NCBI GenBank assembly: GCA_021775875.1
Contig: JAJFHA010000020.1
Span: forward strand, 25,544-89,543
Length of the DNA stretch: 64,000 nt
Origin: Hyphomicrobiales bacterium
GTDB taxonomy: Bacteria; Pseudomonadota; Alphaproteobacteria; Rhizobiales; NORP267
Direction of reading: 5' to 3'
The notes beneath the pieces are model-generated. The model saw only the letters and a program-made list of their open reading frames with translations, searched no databases and was not told where the DNA came from. Position numbers and translations under genes: made by a program. Position 1 is the stretch's first letter; every line of letters begins with the position of its first letter. This document shows, piece after piece, positions 9,100 to 18,926 of the stretch.

Positions 9100-10548
9100 T
9101 CAGGCAAAATTTGTCGCTGGAACAAAGCCGCCAACCAGGTCTTCAAGCATTGCAGCGACGGCCATTGGCGTATGATCTTCAAGCCAGGGGCCGATGATTT
9201 GTACGCCGACAGGTAGCCCATTTTTGGTTTGTCCGACCGGCGCAACGCTGGCAGGCAGATAGCTGCCTGACGCCAATCCGGCCCAATGCACAATATCAAG
9301 GTAGGGTCGTTTCACGCCGTTTATTTCCAACCGGCGTTTTGAAATGCCCTGGTGATCATGGGCAAATGCGGGGCCAGGAGCGACCGGGCACAGAACCGCG
9401 TCGTAAGATTGGAAAAATGTCGCCCATTTATCCTGTAACCGCGCTCGTTCCTGGTTGAGATCAAGCCAATCGGCGTAATTAAGCGCCGCCGACCGGGCTT
9501 GCAAAGTCGGATGGCTGATATCTTCCGGGTCAGAAGATTTTGCTGCTTCGATCATTGCAGCACGCATGGATGTCGAGAAATTGCTGGCGACAATCGCGTA
9601 CAACACAAGGGCATAATTCACGAACACCTCTTGCATGGTGAAAGCGGGCCGGGCTTCAAAATCGACTTGGGCCCCGGCCTGCGATAACGCATTTGCAGCT
9701 GCCTCAATCAACGCAGCGCTCTCCGCATCCACATCTGTAAATGGTTCATCAAGCCAAACAGCAACGCGTAGGTTTTTGGGGTCGTTGGTCCGCGCCACTG
9801 GCAATTTCAGTTGCCATGCAGGGTTAGTGGCGCCAGCAATATTGCCGAGCAGAAATGGCAAATCACGGGCAGACCGCGCCAAGGGCCCGACCACAGATAT
9901 ATCCGTGGGCGCCAGATAACCAGGCAGGGGTGGCAGGTGTCCGCGCATCGGCACAATGCCGTAGCTGGATTTATGGCCGTACAGGCCGCAAAAATGAGCT
10001 GGCAACCGGATCGACCCGCCGATATCGGAGCCGGTTTCAAACGCTGTCATCCCGGCAGCAACAGCCGCAGCGGGTCCTCCCGACGAGCCACCGGGCGTGC
10101 GCGCCAGATCGTATGGGTTGTTGGTGGTGCCGTAGATTTTATTGAAACTTTGAAGATCACCGGAGGCAAACGGTACATTGGTCTTGCCGATAATATTGGC
10201 CCCGGCTTTGCGGACCCTGGCAACAACATCAGCATCGCGTGCCGGTATATGGTCTTTCAGGTTCGGCATGCCGCCGGTGGAGATCATGCCTGAAACCTCA
10301 AACGAATCCTTGATCGTGCACGGCAAACCAAACAGGGGCGGCGTTTCTTCACCTCTGGTGATAATGTCATCTGCCGCCCGCGCGGTTTCCTGCGCCCGTT
10401 CAGAGTCAAACTGAACAATGGCATTCAGCGCCGGGTTATATTTTTCAATACGTGCCGAATAAATCGCCAAAAGTTCACTCGGAGAAATCTTGCGATCCTT
10501 TATCATTGTGGCTAGGTCTATGGCTGGTAACAGGCACGGATCAGACAT
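9100..10548 (-). CDS. amidase (amidase-signature family)
   Basis: 482 aa. Carries GGSSGGPAAAVAAGM and GSDIGGSIRLPA, the AS-family Ser-cisSer-Lys core. Confidence 0.9.
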   Translation of the reverse strand: MSDPCLLPAIDLATMIKDRKISPSELLAIYSARIEKYNPALNAIVQFDSERAQETARAADDIITRGEETPPLFGLPCTIKDSFEVSGMISTGGMPNLKDHIPARDADVVARVRKAGANIIGKTNVPFASGDLQSFNKIYGTTNNPYDLARTPGGSSGGPAAAVAAGMTAFETGSDIGGSIRLPAHFCGLYGHKSSYGIVPMRGHLPPLPGYLAPTDISVVGPLARSARDLPFLLGNIAGATNPAWQLKLPVARTNDPKNLRVAVWLDEPFTDVDAESAALIEAAANALSQAGAQVDFEARPAFTMQEVFVNYALVLYAIVASNFSTSMRAAMIEAAKSSDPEDISHPTLQARSAALNYADWLDLNQERARLQDKWATFFQSYDAVLCPVAPGPAFAHDHQGISKRRLEINGVKRPYLDIVHWAGLASGSYLPASVAPVGQTKNGLPVGVQIIGPWLEDHTPMAVAAMLEDLVGGFVPATNFA

Positions 10549-10635
10549 TTAACGCTCCTTCGTCTATGGCCTAGACTGCGCACATAAAATGCGTAAATTC
10601 AATGGAACAAAAAACGTAAATAAGGGGAATTTCTG

Positions 10636-12273
10636 ATGCTGGGATTAATGCAGGACTGGCCGCTACTTTGCCACCGGGTGATCGATCATGCCAAGGAACA
10701 GCATGGCAACCGGGAGGTAATTTCACGCTCGATTGAAGGGCCGATCCACCGCACCAATTATGCGGAAATCCATGGCCGTTCCCTGAAAATCGCGCAGGCG
10801 CTGGAACGCCTCGGGGTGAAAGAGGGCGACCGGGTCGGGACCATGGCCTGGAATACCTGGCGGCATATGGAATCCTGGTACGGAATTATGGGTGCTGGTG
10901 GCGTTTATCATACCCTCAACCCGCGCCTGTTCCCGGAACAACTCGTCTATATTATCAACCATGCCGAAGACCGGTTTCTGTTTATCGATCTGACATTCGT
11001 GCCGCTGATTGAGGCGTTGCAGGACAAGCTTCCAACGCTTGAAGCGGTTATCATCATGACCGACCGGGAGCATATGCCTGATACGAAAATCAGGAACCCG
11101 ATCTGTTACGAAGAATGGATTGATGATGTTGATGGTGACTATTCCTGGAAAACCATTGATGAAAATTCAGCTGCAGGCATGTGCTACACATCCGGCACAA
11201 CCGGCAATCCCAAAGGTGTTGTCTATTCCCACCGCTCCAATGTGATCCATTCTCTCGCCAATGGCTGCCCGGATATGCTCGGTCTGTCGTCAATGGACCG
11301 GGTGATGCCGGTGGTGCCGTTTTTCCATGCTAACGGCTGGTCTCTGGCATTTTCAGGTCCGATGTTCGGCGCTTCAATGATCATGCCGGGCATGATGATG
11401 GATGGTGCTTCGATCTGGGAGTTGCTGGATACTGAGCGCGTTTCGACGACCGCAGCCGTGCCGACAATCTGGCTCATGCTATTGCAATATTTGGAAGCTG
11501 AGAACAAAACCCTGGAATATTTGGATAAAGTGATCATTGGCGGTTCGGCATGTCCGCGCGCCATGACCCAGGCATTTCAGGAGAAATATAATGTTGATGT
11601 GGTTCATGCGTGGGGCATGACGGAAATGAGTCCGCTTGGATCGCTCTGTTCGATTAAGCCCGAATATGCTGGTCTGGACGGCGGGGCAAAGCTTGATTTG
11701 CAGGAAAAACAGGGACACGCACCATTCACCATCGAAATGAAAGTTGAAGATGATGAAGGCAACGAAATGCCTTGGGACGGCAAGACATTCGGCCGTCTGA
11801 AAGTCCGGGGTCCGGCGGTATCATCCAGCTATTTCAAGGAAGAAGGCGGTAAGATCCTTGATGAAAACGGCTTTTTTGATACGGGCGATGTGGCCCATAT
11901 CGACGAGCATGGCTATATGCAAATCACCGACCGATCCAAGGACGTGATCAAATCCGGCGGTGAGTGGATTTCCTCCATTGATGTCGAGAATAAAGCGGTT
12001 GGTCACCCGGATGTTGCCGAAGCCGCAGTGATCGGGATCGAACATCCGAAATGGGACGAGCGTCCACTATTGATCATTGTACCGATGGAAGGCAAGACGC
12101 CGACATTTGATGATTTGAAAGAATATTTATCAGACAAAATTGTATCATGGTGGATGCCGGATGATATGGTGTTGGTGGAAGAAATTCCTCATACCGCGAC
12201 CGGCAAAATTCAAAAAATGGCGCTGCGCGAAATGTTCAAGGACCATAAACTCCCAACGGCGGAGGTCGCCTGA
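10636..12273 (+). CDS. AMP-dependent acyl-CoA synthetase/ligase (long-chain fatty-acid-CoA ligase-like)
   Basis: 545 aa. Has the AMP-binding motif YTSGTTGNPKGV, plus DRSKDVIKSGGEWISS and the C-terminal PHTATGKIQK. Confidence 0.9.
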   Translation: MLGLMQDWPLLCHRVIDHAKEQHGNREVISRSIEGPIHRTNYAEIHGRSLKIAQALERLGVKEGDRVGTMAWNTWRHMESWYGIMGAGGVYHTLNPRLFPEQLVYIINHAEDRFLFIDLTFVPLIEALQDKLPTLEAVIIMTDREHMPDTKIRNPICYEEWIDDVDGDYSWKTIDENSAAGMCYTSGTTGNPKGVVYSHRSNVIHSLANGCPDMLGLSSMDRVMPVVPFFHANGWSLAFSGPMFGASMIMPGMMMDGASIWELLDTERVSTTAAVPTIWLMLLQYLEAENKTLEYLDKVIIGGSACPRAMTQAFQEKYNVDVVHAWGMTEMSPLGSLCSIKPEYAGLDGGAKLDLQEKQGHAPFTIEMKVEDDEGNEMPWDGKTFGRLKVRGPAVSSSYFKEEGGKILDENGFFDTGDVAHIDEHGYMQITDRSKDVIKSGGEWISSIDVENKAVGHPDVAEAAVIGIEHPKWDERPLLIIVPMEGKTPTFDDLKEYLSDKIVSWWMPDDMVLVEEIPHTATGKIQKMALREMFKDHKLPTAEVA

Positions 12274-12312
12274 CCGGCACTAAACGCTGAAGGGTCAATC
12301 AGGAACCTGATC

Positions 12313-13098
12313 ATGGTAACTCGATTAAGACGGCGCTCATCGCGGAGTGCGCGCTGGAGTTTGCGGATTGCCCGGTTTGCCATTCCGGTATTCGTTCTGG
12401 CGGCGGTGTTTCACCAATTCGGGATTTTTGGAACCAATACCCTGATGATCCTTTACGGGATTATCTGGATCGGCAATGTGATTGCGATTGTCCTTGGAAT
12501 TGTCGGCTTGCTGGCAATCTGGAGCCTCGGCCTGGATGGCGCCCGCCGCGCCCTTCTCGGGATCGGCCTGTCATTGCCGTTGATTGCTATCCCGTTCTAT
12601 TTTGCCTGGCTCACATTGAGCCATCCCCAATTGAATGACATTTCCACCAATCTGAGAGACCCACCGTCCTTCATTCAGATAAGTGGTCTGCGGCCCGCTG
12701 ACGCCAATCCGGTTCCTTCAAGCTATACGCCTGAAGACGCCTTGTTGCAGCGCGACGCGTATGGAGATATCCGCCCGTTATTCTTAGGCAGCAGCATCGA
12801 AGATACCTATCAGGCGATAAAGGAAGTAGTGCGCGATGCCGGGTGGCGCATTGTCGTTGAAGAGCCGCCTCTCGAAGTCGACAGTCCGGGGCGAATTCAG
12901 GCCGTTGCCAGAACCCTGTTTTCCGGCTTCAGCGACGATGTCATCATCATTGTCAGCACTGATCTGGGTGATACGCGGGTTGATATGCGCTCAGCATCGC
13001 GCTACGGGCGTCATGATTTCGGCGTCAATGCGCGACGTATCAAAGATTTTATGATTGCGCTACAGGAGGCCGTGGCCCCGACGCTTGGCAGTTCCTGA
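12313..13098 (+). CDS. membrane protein with C-terminal DUF1499-like domain
   Basis: 261 aa with about three N-terminal hydrophobic helices. The C-terminal region SASRYGRHDFGVNARRI resembles the DUF1499 signature as I remember it. Confidence 0.55.
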   Translation: MVTRLRRRSSRSARWSLRIARFAIPVFVLAAVFHQFGIFGTNTLMILYGIIWIGNVIAIVLGIVGLLAIWSLGLDGARRALLGIGLSLPLIAIPFYFAWLTLSHPQLNDISTNLRDPPSFIQISGLRPADANPVPSSYTPEDALLQRDAYGDIRPLFLGSSIEDTYQAIKEVVRDAGWRIVVEEPPLEVDSPGRIQAVARTLFSGFSDDVIIIVSTDLGDTRVDMRSASRYGRHDFGVNARRIKDFMIALQEAVAPTLGSS

Positions 13099-13099
13099 A

Positions 13100-14008
13100 C
13101 TAGCGAACCGGGCGGTATATATTTTCCCCGTTATCCGCTGTTTCCACGATGATGCGCTCCCGGTTCGCCATATCTTCAATATGAGCAAGTGTTGAGAGCT
13201 GCGCCGCCGGCACCAGCCGTTCATCAAGGCCTTTGTAAACTCTGTCAACGATTGCAGCGACGGTCCGGTCGCCCTTGTCGATCCGCTCGAAAATGGCCCG
13301 CTCGCGCATGCGTCGATGGGTAATGAAAGCGCGAACAAATGTATTCGGGTTGCTCACCGCGCCGCCATGTCCCGGCCAATAGAGCCCGTCCTTGCGTTTG
13401 GTGAGAATTTCCAGAGAATTCATATAATCGGTCATATTGCCGTCAGGTGGTGCCACCACGCTTGTGGCCCATGCCATCACGTGGTCGCCTGAAAAAAGCG
13501 CATTTTCTTCGCGCAGAGCAAAGGCCATATGGTTGGCGGTGTGGCCTGGCGTGAAGACGCATTCAAACGACCAGTCCTCGGCCTCAATCACGTCGCCATG
13601 TTCCATGTTATGCACCGGATCAAATTCCCGGTCATTTGCCGCATCCAGGCTCATCTGGTTCTCGTCGGCAGGCGGCGTCACATGCGGTCCGTAGGCGTAA
13701 GTCGGTGCGCCGGTTTCAGCATGCAGCACCCGCGCCCCCGGCGAATGATCGTTATGGGTGTGGGTGACCAGAATGTGCGTGATTTTTTCATCCCGCAATT
13801 CATGGCGAATTGCGGCAAGATGATCTTCGTTCATTGGCCCGGGATCGATTACCGCCACTTCGCCCTTGCCGATGATGTAGGTGCAGGTGCCTTTAAACGT
13901 AAAAGGGCTGGCATTGGGGGCCACGATGCGGCGCACCAATGGGCTGATCTGGTCTGCTACCCCGTGTTCGATGTCGAAAGAATTGTTGAACGATATATCG
14001 TCGGCCAT
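13100..14008 (-). CDS. MBL-fold metallo-hydrolase
   Basis: 302 aa. Has the metal-binding motif THTHNDHSPG, later TPGHTANH, and GDHV. Confidence 0.85.
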   Translation of the reverse strand: MADDISFNNSFDIEHGVADQISPLVRRIVAPNASPFTFKGTCTYIIGKGEVAVIDPGPMNEDHLAAIRHELRDEKITHILVTHTHNDHSPGARVLHAETGAPTYAYGPHVTPPADENQMSLDAANDREFDPVHNMEHGDVIEAEDWSFECVFTPGHTANHMAFALREENALFSGDHVMAWATSVVAPPDGNMTDYMNSLEILTKRKDGLYWPGHGGAVSNPNTFVRAFITHRRMRERAIFERIDKGDRTVAAIVDRVYKGLDERLVPAAQLSTLAHIEDMANRERIIVETADNGENIYRPVR

Positions 14009-14112
14009 GATAAATTCACCGCATGATTTTTGTTGCGGTGAAGGTCGCCCAGACTGAAAGCGAAATCAACCAATGCGCCAACATATTTCCGAATAAAGGA
14101 GTGGAACCCATT

Positions 14113-14499
14113 ATGATAGTAAGAAGCCTGGATGATTTAATTGGCACAGAACGCGATGTGCAAGGTGACGTTTGGACCAGCCGCCGGTTTCTGGTGGCCG
14201 ATGATGGCGTCGGGTTCACATTGAACGAGACCAACACCGAAGCTGGGGCCGAGCAGGTGCTCTGGTACAAGCATCATGTTGAGGCCAATTACGTAATCGA
14301 GGGTGAAGGCGAAGTTGAAAACTTGGCCACCGGGGAGGTTTTTCCATTGAAACCAGGAACCATGTACACGCTTGATAAGCATGAAAAGCACCGCCTGAAA
14401 TCATTCACGGCAATGAGATTGGTCTGCGTATTCACACCGCCACTGACAGGCCGCGAGACCCATGATGCAGACGGTGCCTATGCCTTGCCTGAGGATTGA
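14113..14499 (+). CDS. ectC: ectoine synthase-like cupin (solitary EctC-type)
   Basis: 128 aa from the ATG at 14113, preceded by aaggag. MIVRSLDDLIGTERDV..., WYKHHVEANYVIEGEGEVE, and LVCVFTPPLTGRETHDADGAY align closely with canonical EctC as I remember it. No ectA or ectB lies nearby. Confidence 0.8.
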   Translation: MIVRSLDDLIGTERDVQGDVWTSRRFLVADDGVGFTLNETNTEAGAEQVLWYKHHVEANYVIEGEGEVENLATGEVFPLKPGTMYTLDKHEKHRLKSFTAMRLVCVFTPPLTGRETHDADGAYALPED

Positions 14500-14565
14500 G
14501 GGTCCAAGCACGATAAGAGAACATAATAATTCAGGTGTTTGTGGCCTGGCACCCACAACAATGAA

Positions 14566-14642
14566 TGGTCGGAGTGAGAGGATTCGAACCTCCGACCCCC
14601 TCGTCCCGAACGAGGTGCGCTACCAGGCTGCGCCACACTCCG
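14566..14642 (-). tRNA. tRNA-Pro (anticodon CGG)
   Basis: The reverse complement folds as a 77-nt cloverleaf: acceptor CGGAGTG/CACTCCG, D arm GCGC-AGCCTGGTA-GCGC, anticodon arm CCTCG-TTCGGGA-CGAGG, T arm GGAGG-TTCGAAT-CCTCT, and an encoded CCA. Confidence 0.9.
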
Positions 14643-14723
14643 ATGACCAAACGAGGGCGGTTATACAAGGCCGCTCCGCGCTCCGCAAGCAGGTCAGGCA
14701 ATTCAACAAGGCTTAAATCCAGC

Positions 14724-16286
14724 TCAGTGCCAGGCGTCGGGCATGGAGTCTTTTCGCTTGGCGATGAATTCCAGCAAAGCTTCATCAATCGCAGGGTCAA
14801 TATCCGGGGCCTGATAGCTGGTCTGCAATTCTTTCAGTTTTTCATTGGCGCGGGTGAGGGCGTCTTTTTCGCCTTCTTCTTCCCATTGCTCAAACGAATT
14901 GCTGTCGGATGTTTGCGGGTCAAAAAAGGCTGTCTCGTAATTTGCCATGGTATGATCGCAGCCAAGGAAATGGTTGCCCGGGCCTACTTCACGAAAGGCG
15001 TCCAGTGCCAATCCATTGTCGCTCAAATCAACCCCGCCCGCCATGACATGCATCATGCCAAGCTGGTCCGCGTCGAGGATAAGTTTTTCGTACCCCATCG
15101 ACAGCCCACCTTCGAGCCATCCAGCGCCGTGAAGCACAAAATTAGTGCCGGCAAGAACGGTTGGCATTAGCGTGAAAGCGCTTTCCTGAGCTGCCTGCGC
15201 GTCGGCAATTTTGGATGAGGTCAGGCAGCCGCCAAGCCTGAGCGGGACCCCGAGCCGTCGGGCGATCTGGCCGATCGCCATATAGGCCAATGCCGGTTCC
15301 GGCATGCCAAATGTCGGCGCGCCCGAGCGTAGCGACATGGAGGTAACAAACGCCCCCATCACAGCGGGTGCACCCGGCCGGATCAACTGAACCAGCGCCA
15401 GCCCGGCCATGGCTTCGGCCAGAACCTGGGCAATGCTGGCAGCGACGGTAACAGGCCCCATCGCACCACTCAGAATGAACGGTGTAGTGATGACACCCTG
15501 ATTGGCACGCGCATAGACCTTTAGCGCACCAAGCATGGTGGCGTCATAAACCAGCGGCGAATTCACGTTGATCAGGCTGAGGACGCAGCAATTTTTATCA
15601 ACAAATTCCGCACCAAATGTCAGTTTCGCCATTTCAACAGTGTCCGCAGCTCTTTCAGCGGCGGTTACCGAACCCATGAACGGTTTGTCGGAATATTTCA
15701 AATGGGCATAGACCATATCCAGATGGCGTTTATTCACCGGGATATCGACCGGTTCGCAAATCGTGCCACCTGAATGATGAAACCACGGAATCTGATAGGC
15801 CAGTTTCACGAAATTCTGGAAATCCTCAATATTGGCATAGCGTCGTCCATTATCCAGGTCGCGTACGAAGGGCGAGCCGTAGGCTGGCGCAAAAACAATA
15901 TTGTCACCGCCAATCACTACGTTGCGTGCCGGGTTCCTGGCATGCTGGACAAATTGCGATTGGGAGGTTTTCTGAATGATGTTGCGCAACATCCCGCGCT
16001 CAAACCGCACTCGCTCGCCGTCTACATCTGCACCTGCTTCTTTCCAGATGGCGAGCACTTCCGGGTCGTCACGAAATTCAATACCTACATCATGCAAAAT
16101 GGTGTCGGCGGCCTCTTCGATGGTGACAAGGGATTCTTCGCTCAACATCTCGTAAGGGGGAATTTTGCGAGCTAATCCGGCAATGATCTCGGTGACTGCG
16201 CCTTGACGCTCAGCTCTTCGCGCCGAGCGACCACCTCGCGCACTTCTGCCCGATTTTCCTTTTTCCGGCGATGATTGGTCGGTCAT
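14724..16286 (-). CDS. MttB-superfamily (trimethylamine methyltransferase-like) quaternary-amine:corrinoid methyltransferase, non-pyrrolysine type
   Basis: 520 aa in an uninterrupted frame with no in-frame amber codon. Has the Arg-rich N-terminus common in this family, and its context includes a corrinoid protein, an MT2 and an activator. Confidence 0.85.
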   Translation of the reverse strand: MTDQSSPEKGKSGRSARGGRSARRAERQGAVTEIIAGLARKIPPYEMLSEESLVTIEEAADTILHDVGIEFRDDPEVLAIWKEAGADVDGERVRFERGMLRNIIQKTSQSQFVQHARNPARNVVIGGDNIVFAPAYGSPFVRDLDNGRRYANIEDFQNFVKLAYQIPWFHHSGGTICEPVDIPVNKRHLDMVYAHLKYSDKPFMGSVTAAERAADTVEMAKLTFGAEFVDKNCCVLSLINVNSPLVYDATMLGALKVYARANQGVITTPFILSGAMGPVTVAASIAQVLAEAMAGLALVQLIRPGAPAVMGAFVTSMSLRSGAPTFGMPEPALAYMAIGQIARRLGVPLRLGGCLTSSKIADAQAAQESAFTLMPTVLAGTNFVLHGAGWLEGGLSMGYEKLILDADQLGMMHVMAGGVDLSDNGLALDAFREVGPGNHFLGCDHTMANYETAFFDPQTSDSNSFEQWEEEGEKDALTRANEKLKELQTSYQAPDIDPAIDEALLEFIAKRKDSMPDAWH

Positions 16287-16580
16287 GTTTGTATCTCCCT
16301 TAAGACACGGAGCAGCTTGCCCGCGGCACCGTTCGCACCATTATTATCGCGCGAATTTGCCCGTGCCATGGTCCAATAACGTCCTGTTGGAATATCTCTG
16401 CGACGTCGCCATTGGACAGGACAAATTTCGAGATGTTTTGTGTCTGGATTGGCGTTTTCTGGAAAAAATGTCGCTTTTATATTTTTGAGTTCGGTTTTGT
16501 CGTTCGATTGCCACAAAAATGGCGGCACAATTTAGGCTATTCCCGGTATTCCGGGCGCGCCCTTTTGGAGACCTGGTGTG

Positions 16581-17312
16581 ATGGCTGAAAACGAAAATGA
16601 CGTCGAAGAAGATATTGTTCTCTCGGAACTGGATGACGGTGATCTGGTAACCCAGATGCACGACGATCTTTATGATGGTCTGGCAGACGAAATCACCGAA
16701 GGCACCAACATTCTTCTCGCGCGCGGGTGGGAGCCCTACAAGGTTCTGACCGAAGCACTGGTCGAAGGTATGCGCATTGTCGGGGTCGATTTTCGCGACG
16801 GCATTCTGTTTGTCCCGGAAGTTTTGCAATCAGCTAACTCAATGAAGGCGGGAATGAAAATTCTACGTCCGCTATTAGCGGAATCAGGCGCGCCACGTAT
16901 GGGTAAAATGGTCATCGGTACGGTCAAGGGTGATATCCATGATATCGGCAAAAACCTTGTTGGCATGATGATGGAAGGCGCCGGTTTCGAAGTCATAGAT
17001 ATCGGCATCAACAATGATGTGGACGCCTATCTGGCAGCGCTCAACGAGCACCAGCCTGATATCCTTGGCATGTCGGCATTGCTGACAACCACCATGCCCT
17101 ACATGAAAGTGGTGGTTGAGACCCTCAAGGAAAAAGGCATCCGTGACGATTATATCGTCCTTGTGGGTGGCGCCCCGCTCAACGAAGAATTTGCGGATAA
17201 CGTTGGCGCTGATGGCTATTGCCGGGATGCCGCGATTGCGGTCGATATTGCCAAGGGTTTCATGGCAAGACGTCAGGGGTCGCTTGCGGCCTTACAGGCG
17301 GCAGCTCAATGA
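16581..17312 (+). CDS. cobalamin-binding corrinoid protein (MtgC/MtbC-like)
   Basis: Has the B12-binding DxHxxG motif (GDIHDIGKN), then MSALLTTTM and VGGAPL. ATG at 16581 follows GGAG at 16567-16570; the listed ORF start at 16578 is a GTG one codon upstream. Confidence 0.9.
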   Translation: MAENENDVEEDIVLSELDDGDLVTQMHDDLYDGLADEITEGTNILLARGWEPYKVLTEALVEGMRIVGVDFRDGILFVPEVLQSANSMKAGMKILRPLLAESGAPRMGKMVIGTVKGDIHDIGKNLVGMMMEGAGFEVIDIGINNDVDAYLAALNEHQPDILGMSALLTTTMPYMKVVVETLKEKGIRDDYIVLVGGAPLNEEFADNVGADGYCRDAAIAVDIAKGFMARRQGSLAALQAAAQ

Positions 17313-17947
17313 ACCCCCCTGGACCGGTCCTGTTAATCGGTTGTGGCGCGTTGGCGCGGGAAATAAAATGGGCGATCGAGCGCAATTGCTGGCAGCATAT
17401 GGATCTGACATGCCTGCCTGCCGGTTTGCATAATCGGCCTCAGCAAATTCCTGGCGCTATGCGGTCTAAAATTTTGGCTGCCAAGGAGAGCGGGAAATAT
17501 TCCGCTATTTACGCGATCTATGGTGATTGCGGCACCGGCGGGTTGCTCGACAAGGTGCTTCAGGAAGAAGGCGTCGAGCGCATGGCAGGCGCTCATTGCT
17601 ATGAATTTTATGCTGGCACGCCCGCTTTCGAAGCGCTCACTGAGGAAGAACTTGGCAGTCTTTATCTGACCGATTATCTGGTGCGGTTTTTCGACCGCTT
17701 GATCTTCAAGGGGCTTGGCCTCGATAGGTTCCCGCATCTAAGGGACGACTATTTCGGTCATTACAAGCGGGTGGTTTATCTGTCCCAGAAAGCCACGCCC
17801 GATTTGATCGAACAGGCCAAAGTGGCCGCCCGGCGGCTGGGTCTTGATTTTGTCCACCGTCCCACCGGGATCGGTGGAATCGAGACGTTTCTGCAGACCT
17901 CAACCGAGGCCATACAGACCAATATGGATGTCCTAGAGGACGCATAA
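17309..17947 (+). CDS. DUF1638 domain protein
   Basis: Shares an ATGA start/stop overlap with the corrinoid gene. The YGDCGTGG and HCYEFY motifs are typical of DUF1638 proteins found in corrinoid methyltransferase clusters. Confidence 0.75.
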   Translation: MNPPGPVLLIGCGALAREIKWAIERNCWQHMDLTCLPAGLHNRPQQIPGAMRSKILAAKESGKYSAIYAIYGDCGTGGLLDKVLQEEGVERMAGAHCYEFYAGTPAFEALTEEELGSLYLTDYLVRFFDRLIFKGLGLDRFPHLRDDYFGHYKRVVYLSQKATPDLIEQAKVAARRLGLDFVHRPTGIGGIETFLQTSTEAIQTNMDVLEDA

Positions 17948-17966
17948 ACAAACAGGATTAACGATC

Positions 17967-18869
17967 ATGACCCGTACTGTTTTAAGTTCGGCCAGCAAGG
18001 AAATAGTGATTGGATTTGACGTGCCGTTCGTGGTGATCGGCGAGCGGATCAACCCGACCGGCAGAAAATTGCTGGCAGCCGAAATGAAAGAAGGCGATTA
18101 TAGCCGCGTTGAAGCAGACGCTCTGGCCCAGGTCAGGGCAGGGGCGCAAATGCTTGACATCAATGCCGGGATCCCCATGGCGGATGAGCCGCGTATTTTG
18201 GCCGAATGTATTCAATTGGTACAAGGCCTGACGGACACACCGTTGGCCATCGACTCGTCTATCGTGGAAGCACTGGAAGCTGGTCTTTCGGTTTATAAAG
18301 GAAAGCCTCTGGTCAATTCGGTTACCGGCGAAGATGAAGTTCTGGAACGGGTATTGCCGCTGGTCGCCAAATACGGTGCGGCGGTGGTGGCGATTTCCAA
18401 CGACGAGACCGGAATTTCGGAAGACCCGGATGAACGCTACGCGGTTGCCAAGAAAATAGTCGAGCGCGCGGAAGATTTTGGCATCCCGCGCGCGGATGTT
18501 GTTGTCGACCCGCTTGTCATGCCGGTTGGTGCGATGGATTCAGCTGGCACTTCAGCGCTCAATCTGATTCGTCGCCTGCGCAACGAATTGGGAGTTAACA
18601 CAACCTGCGGCGCTTCCAATGTGAGCTTCGGGTTACCCAACCGGCACCATATGAACGCGGCATTCCTCTCAATGGCGATCGGCGCGGGCATGACTTCAGC
18701 GATCACCAACCCGCTACACGACCCTGAAATGGCAGCCGTGCGCGGTGCCGACGTGGTGATGGGGCACGATCCTCATTGCAAAACCTGGATCAAAGCATAC
18801 CGTGAACCAGTAGCGGAAAGTGAAGGGCGCGGGGGCCGCCGGGGTGGACGTCGCCGGCGCACCGGATAA
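17967..18869 (+). CDS. methyltetrahydrofolate:corrinoid methyltransferase (pterin-binding, MtgA/MetH-domain-like)
   Basis: 300 aa. VIGERINPTGRK, MLDINAG, LAIDSS and LVNSV are pterin-binding (DHPS-like TIM barrel) motifs. The C-terminal tail is Arg/Gly-rich. Confidence 0.85.
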   Translation: MTRTVLSSASKEIVIGFDVPFVVIGERINPTGRKLLAAEMKEGDYSRVEADALAQVRAGAQMLDINAGIPMADEPRILAECIQLVQGLTDTPLAIDSSIVEALEAGLSVYKGKPLVNSVTGEDEVLERVLPLVAKYGAAVVAISNDETGISEDPDERYAVAKKIVERAEDFGIPRADVVVDPLVMPVGAMDSAGTSALNLIRRLRNELGVNTTCGASNVSFGLPNRHHMNAAFLSMAIGAGMTSAITNPLHDPEMAAVRGADVVMGHDPHCKTWIKAYREPVAESEGRGGRRGGRRRRTG

Positions 18870-18926
18870 GGCCATAGCAATGCGGCGGCTAAAACAAATA
18901 TCGCCAAAATCAGATAAAGCTGCGGC

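Noticed and set aside
14565-15170. The ORFs overlapping the tRNA genes: the 201-aa + ORF across tRNA-Pro, and 20963..21181 (-) across tRNA-Gln.
   Set aside because: Both translate tRNA sequence or its antisense (GFEPPTPS..., VGIEPTNDG...). The first then runs antisense to mttB. These are classic artefacts.
14724-16286. A pyrrolysine (in-frame UAG) MttB gene.
   Set aside because: The frame is continuous for 520 codons with no internal amber codon, so this is a non-Pyl family member.
16287-16577. A possible cobalamin riboswitch in the 290-nt divergent spacer between mttB and the corrinoid-protein operon. I noticed ggagacctgg, which partly resembles a B12-box.
   Set aside because: The match is only about 9 nt and coincides with the ribosome-binding site. 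I could not find the other conserved riboswitch elements by eye. It needs an Rfam/Infernal scan before any claim.
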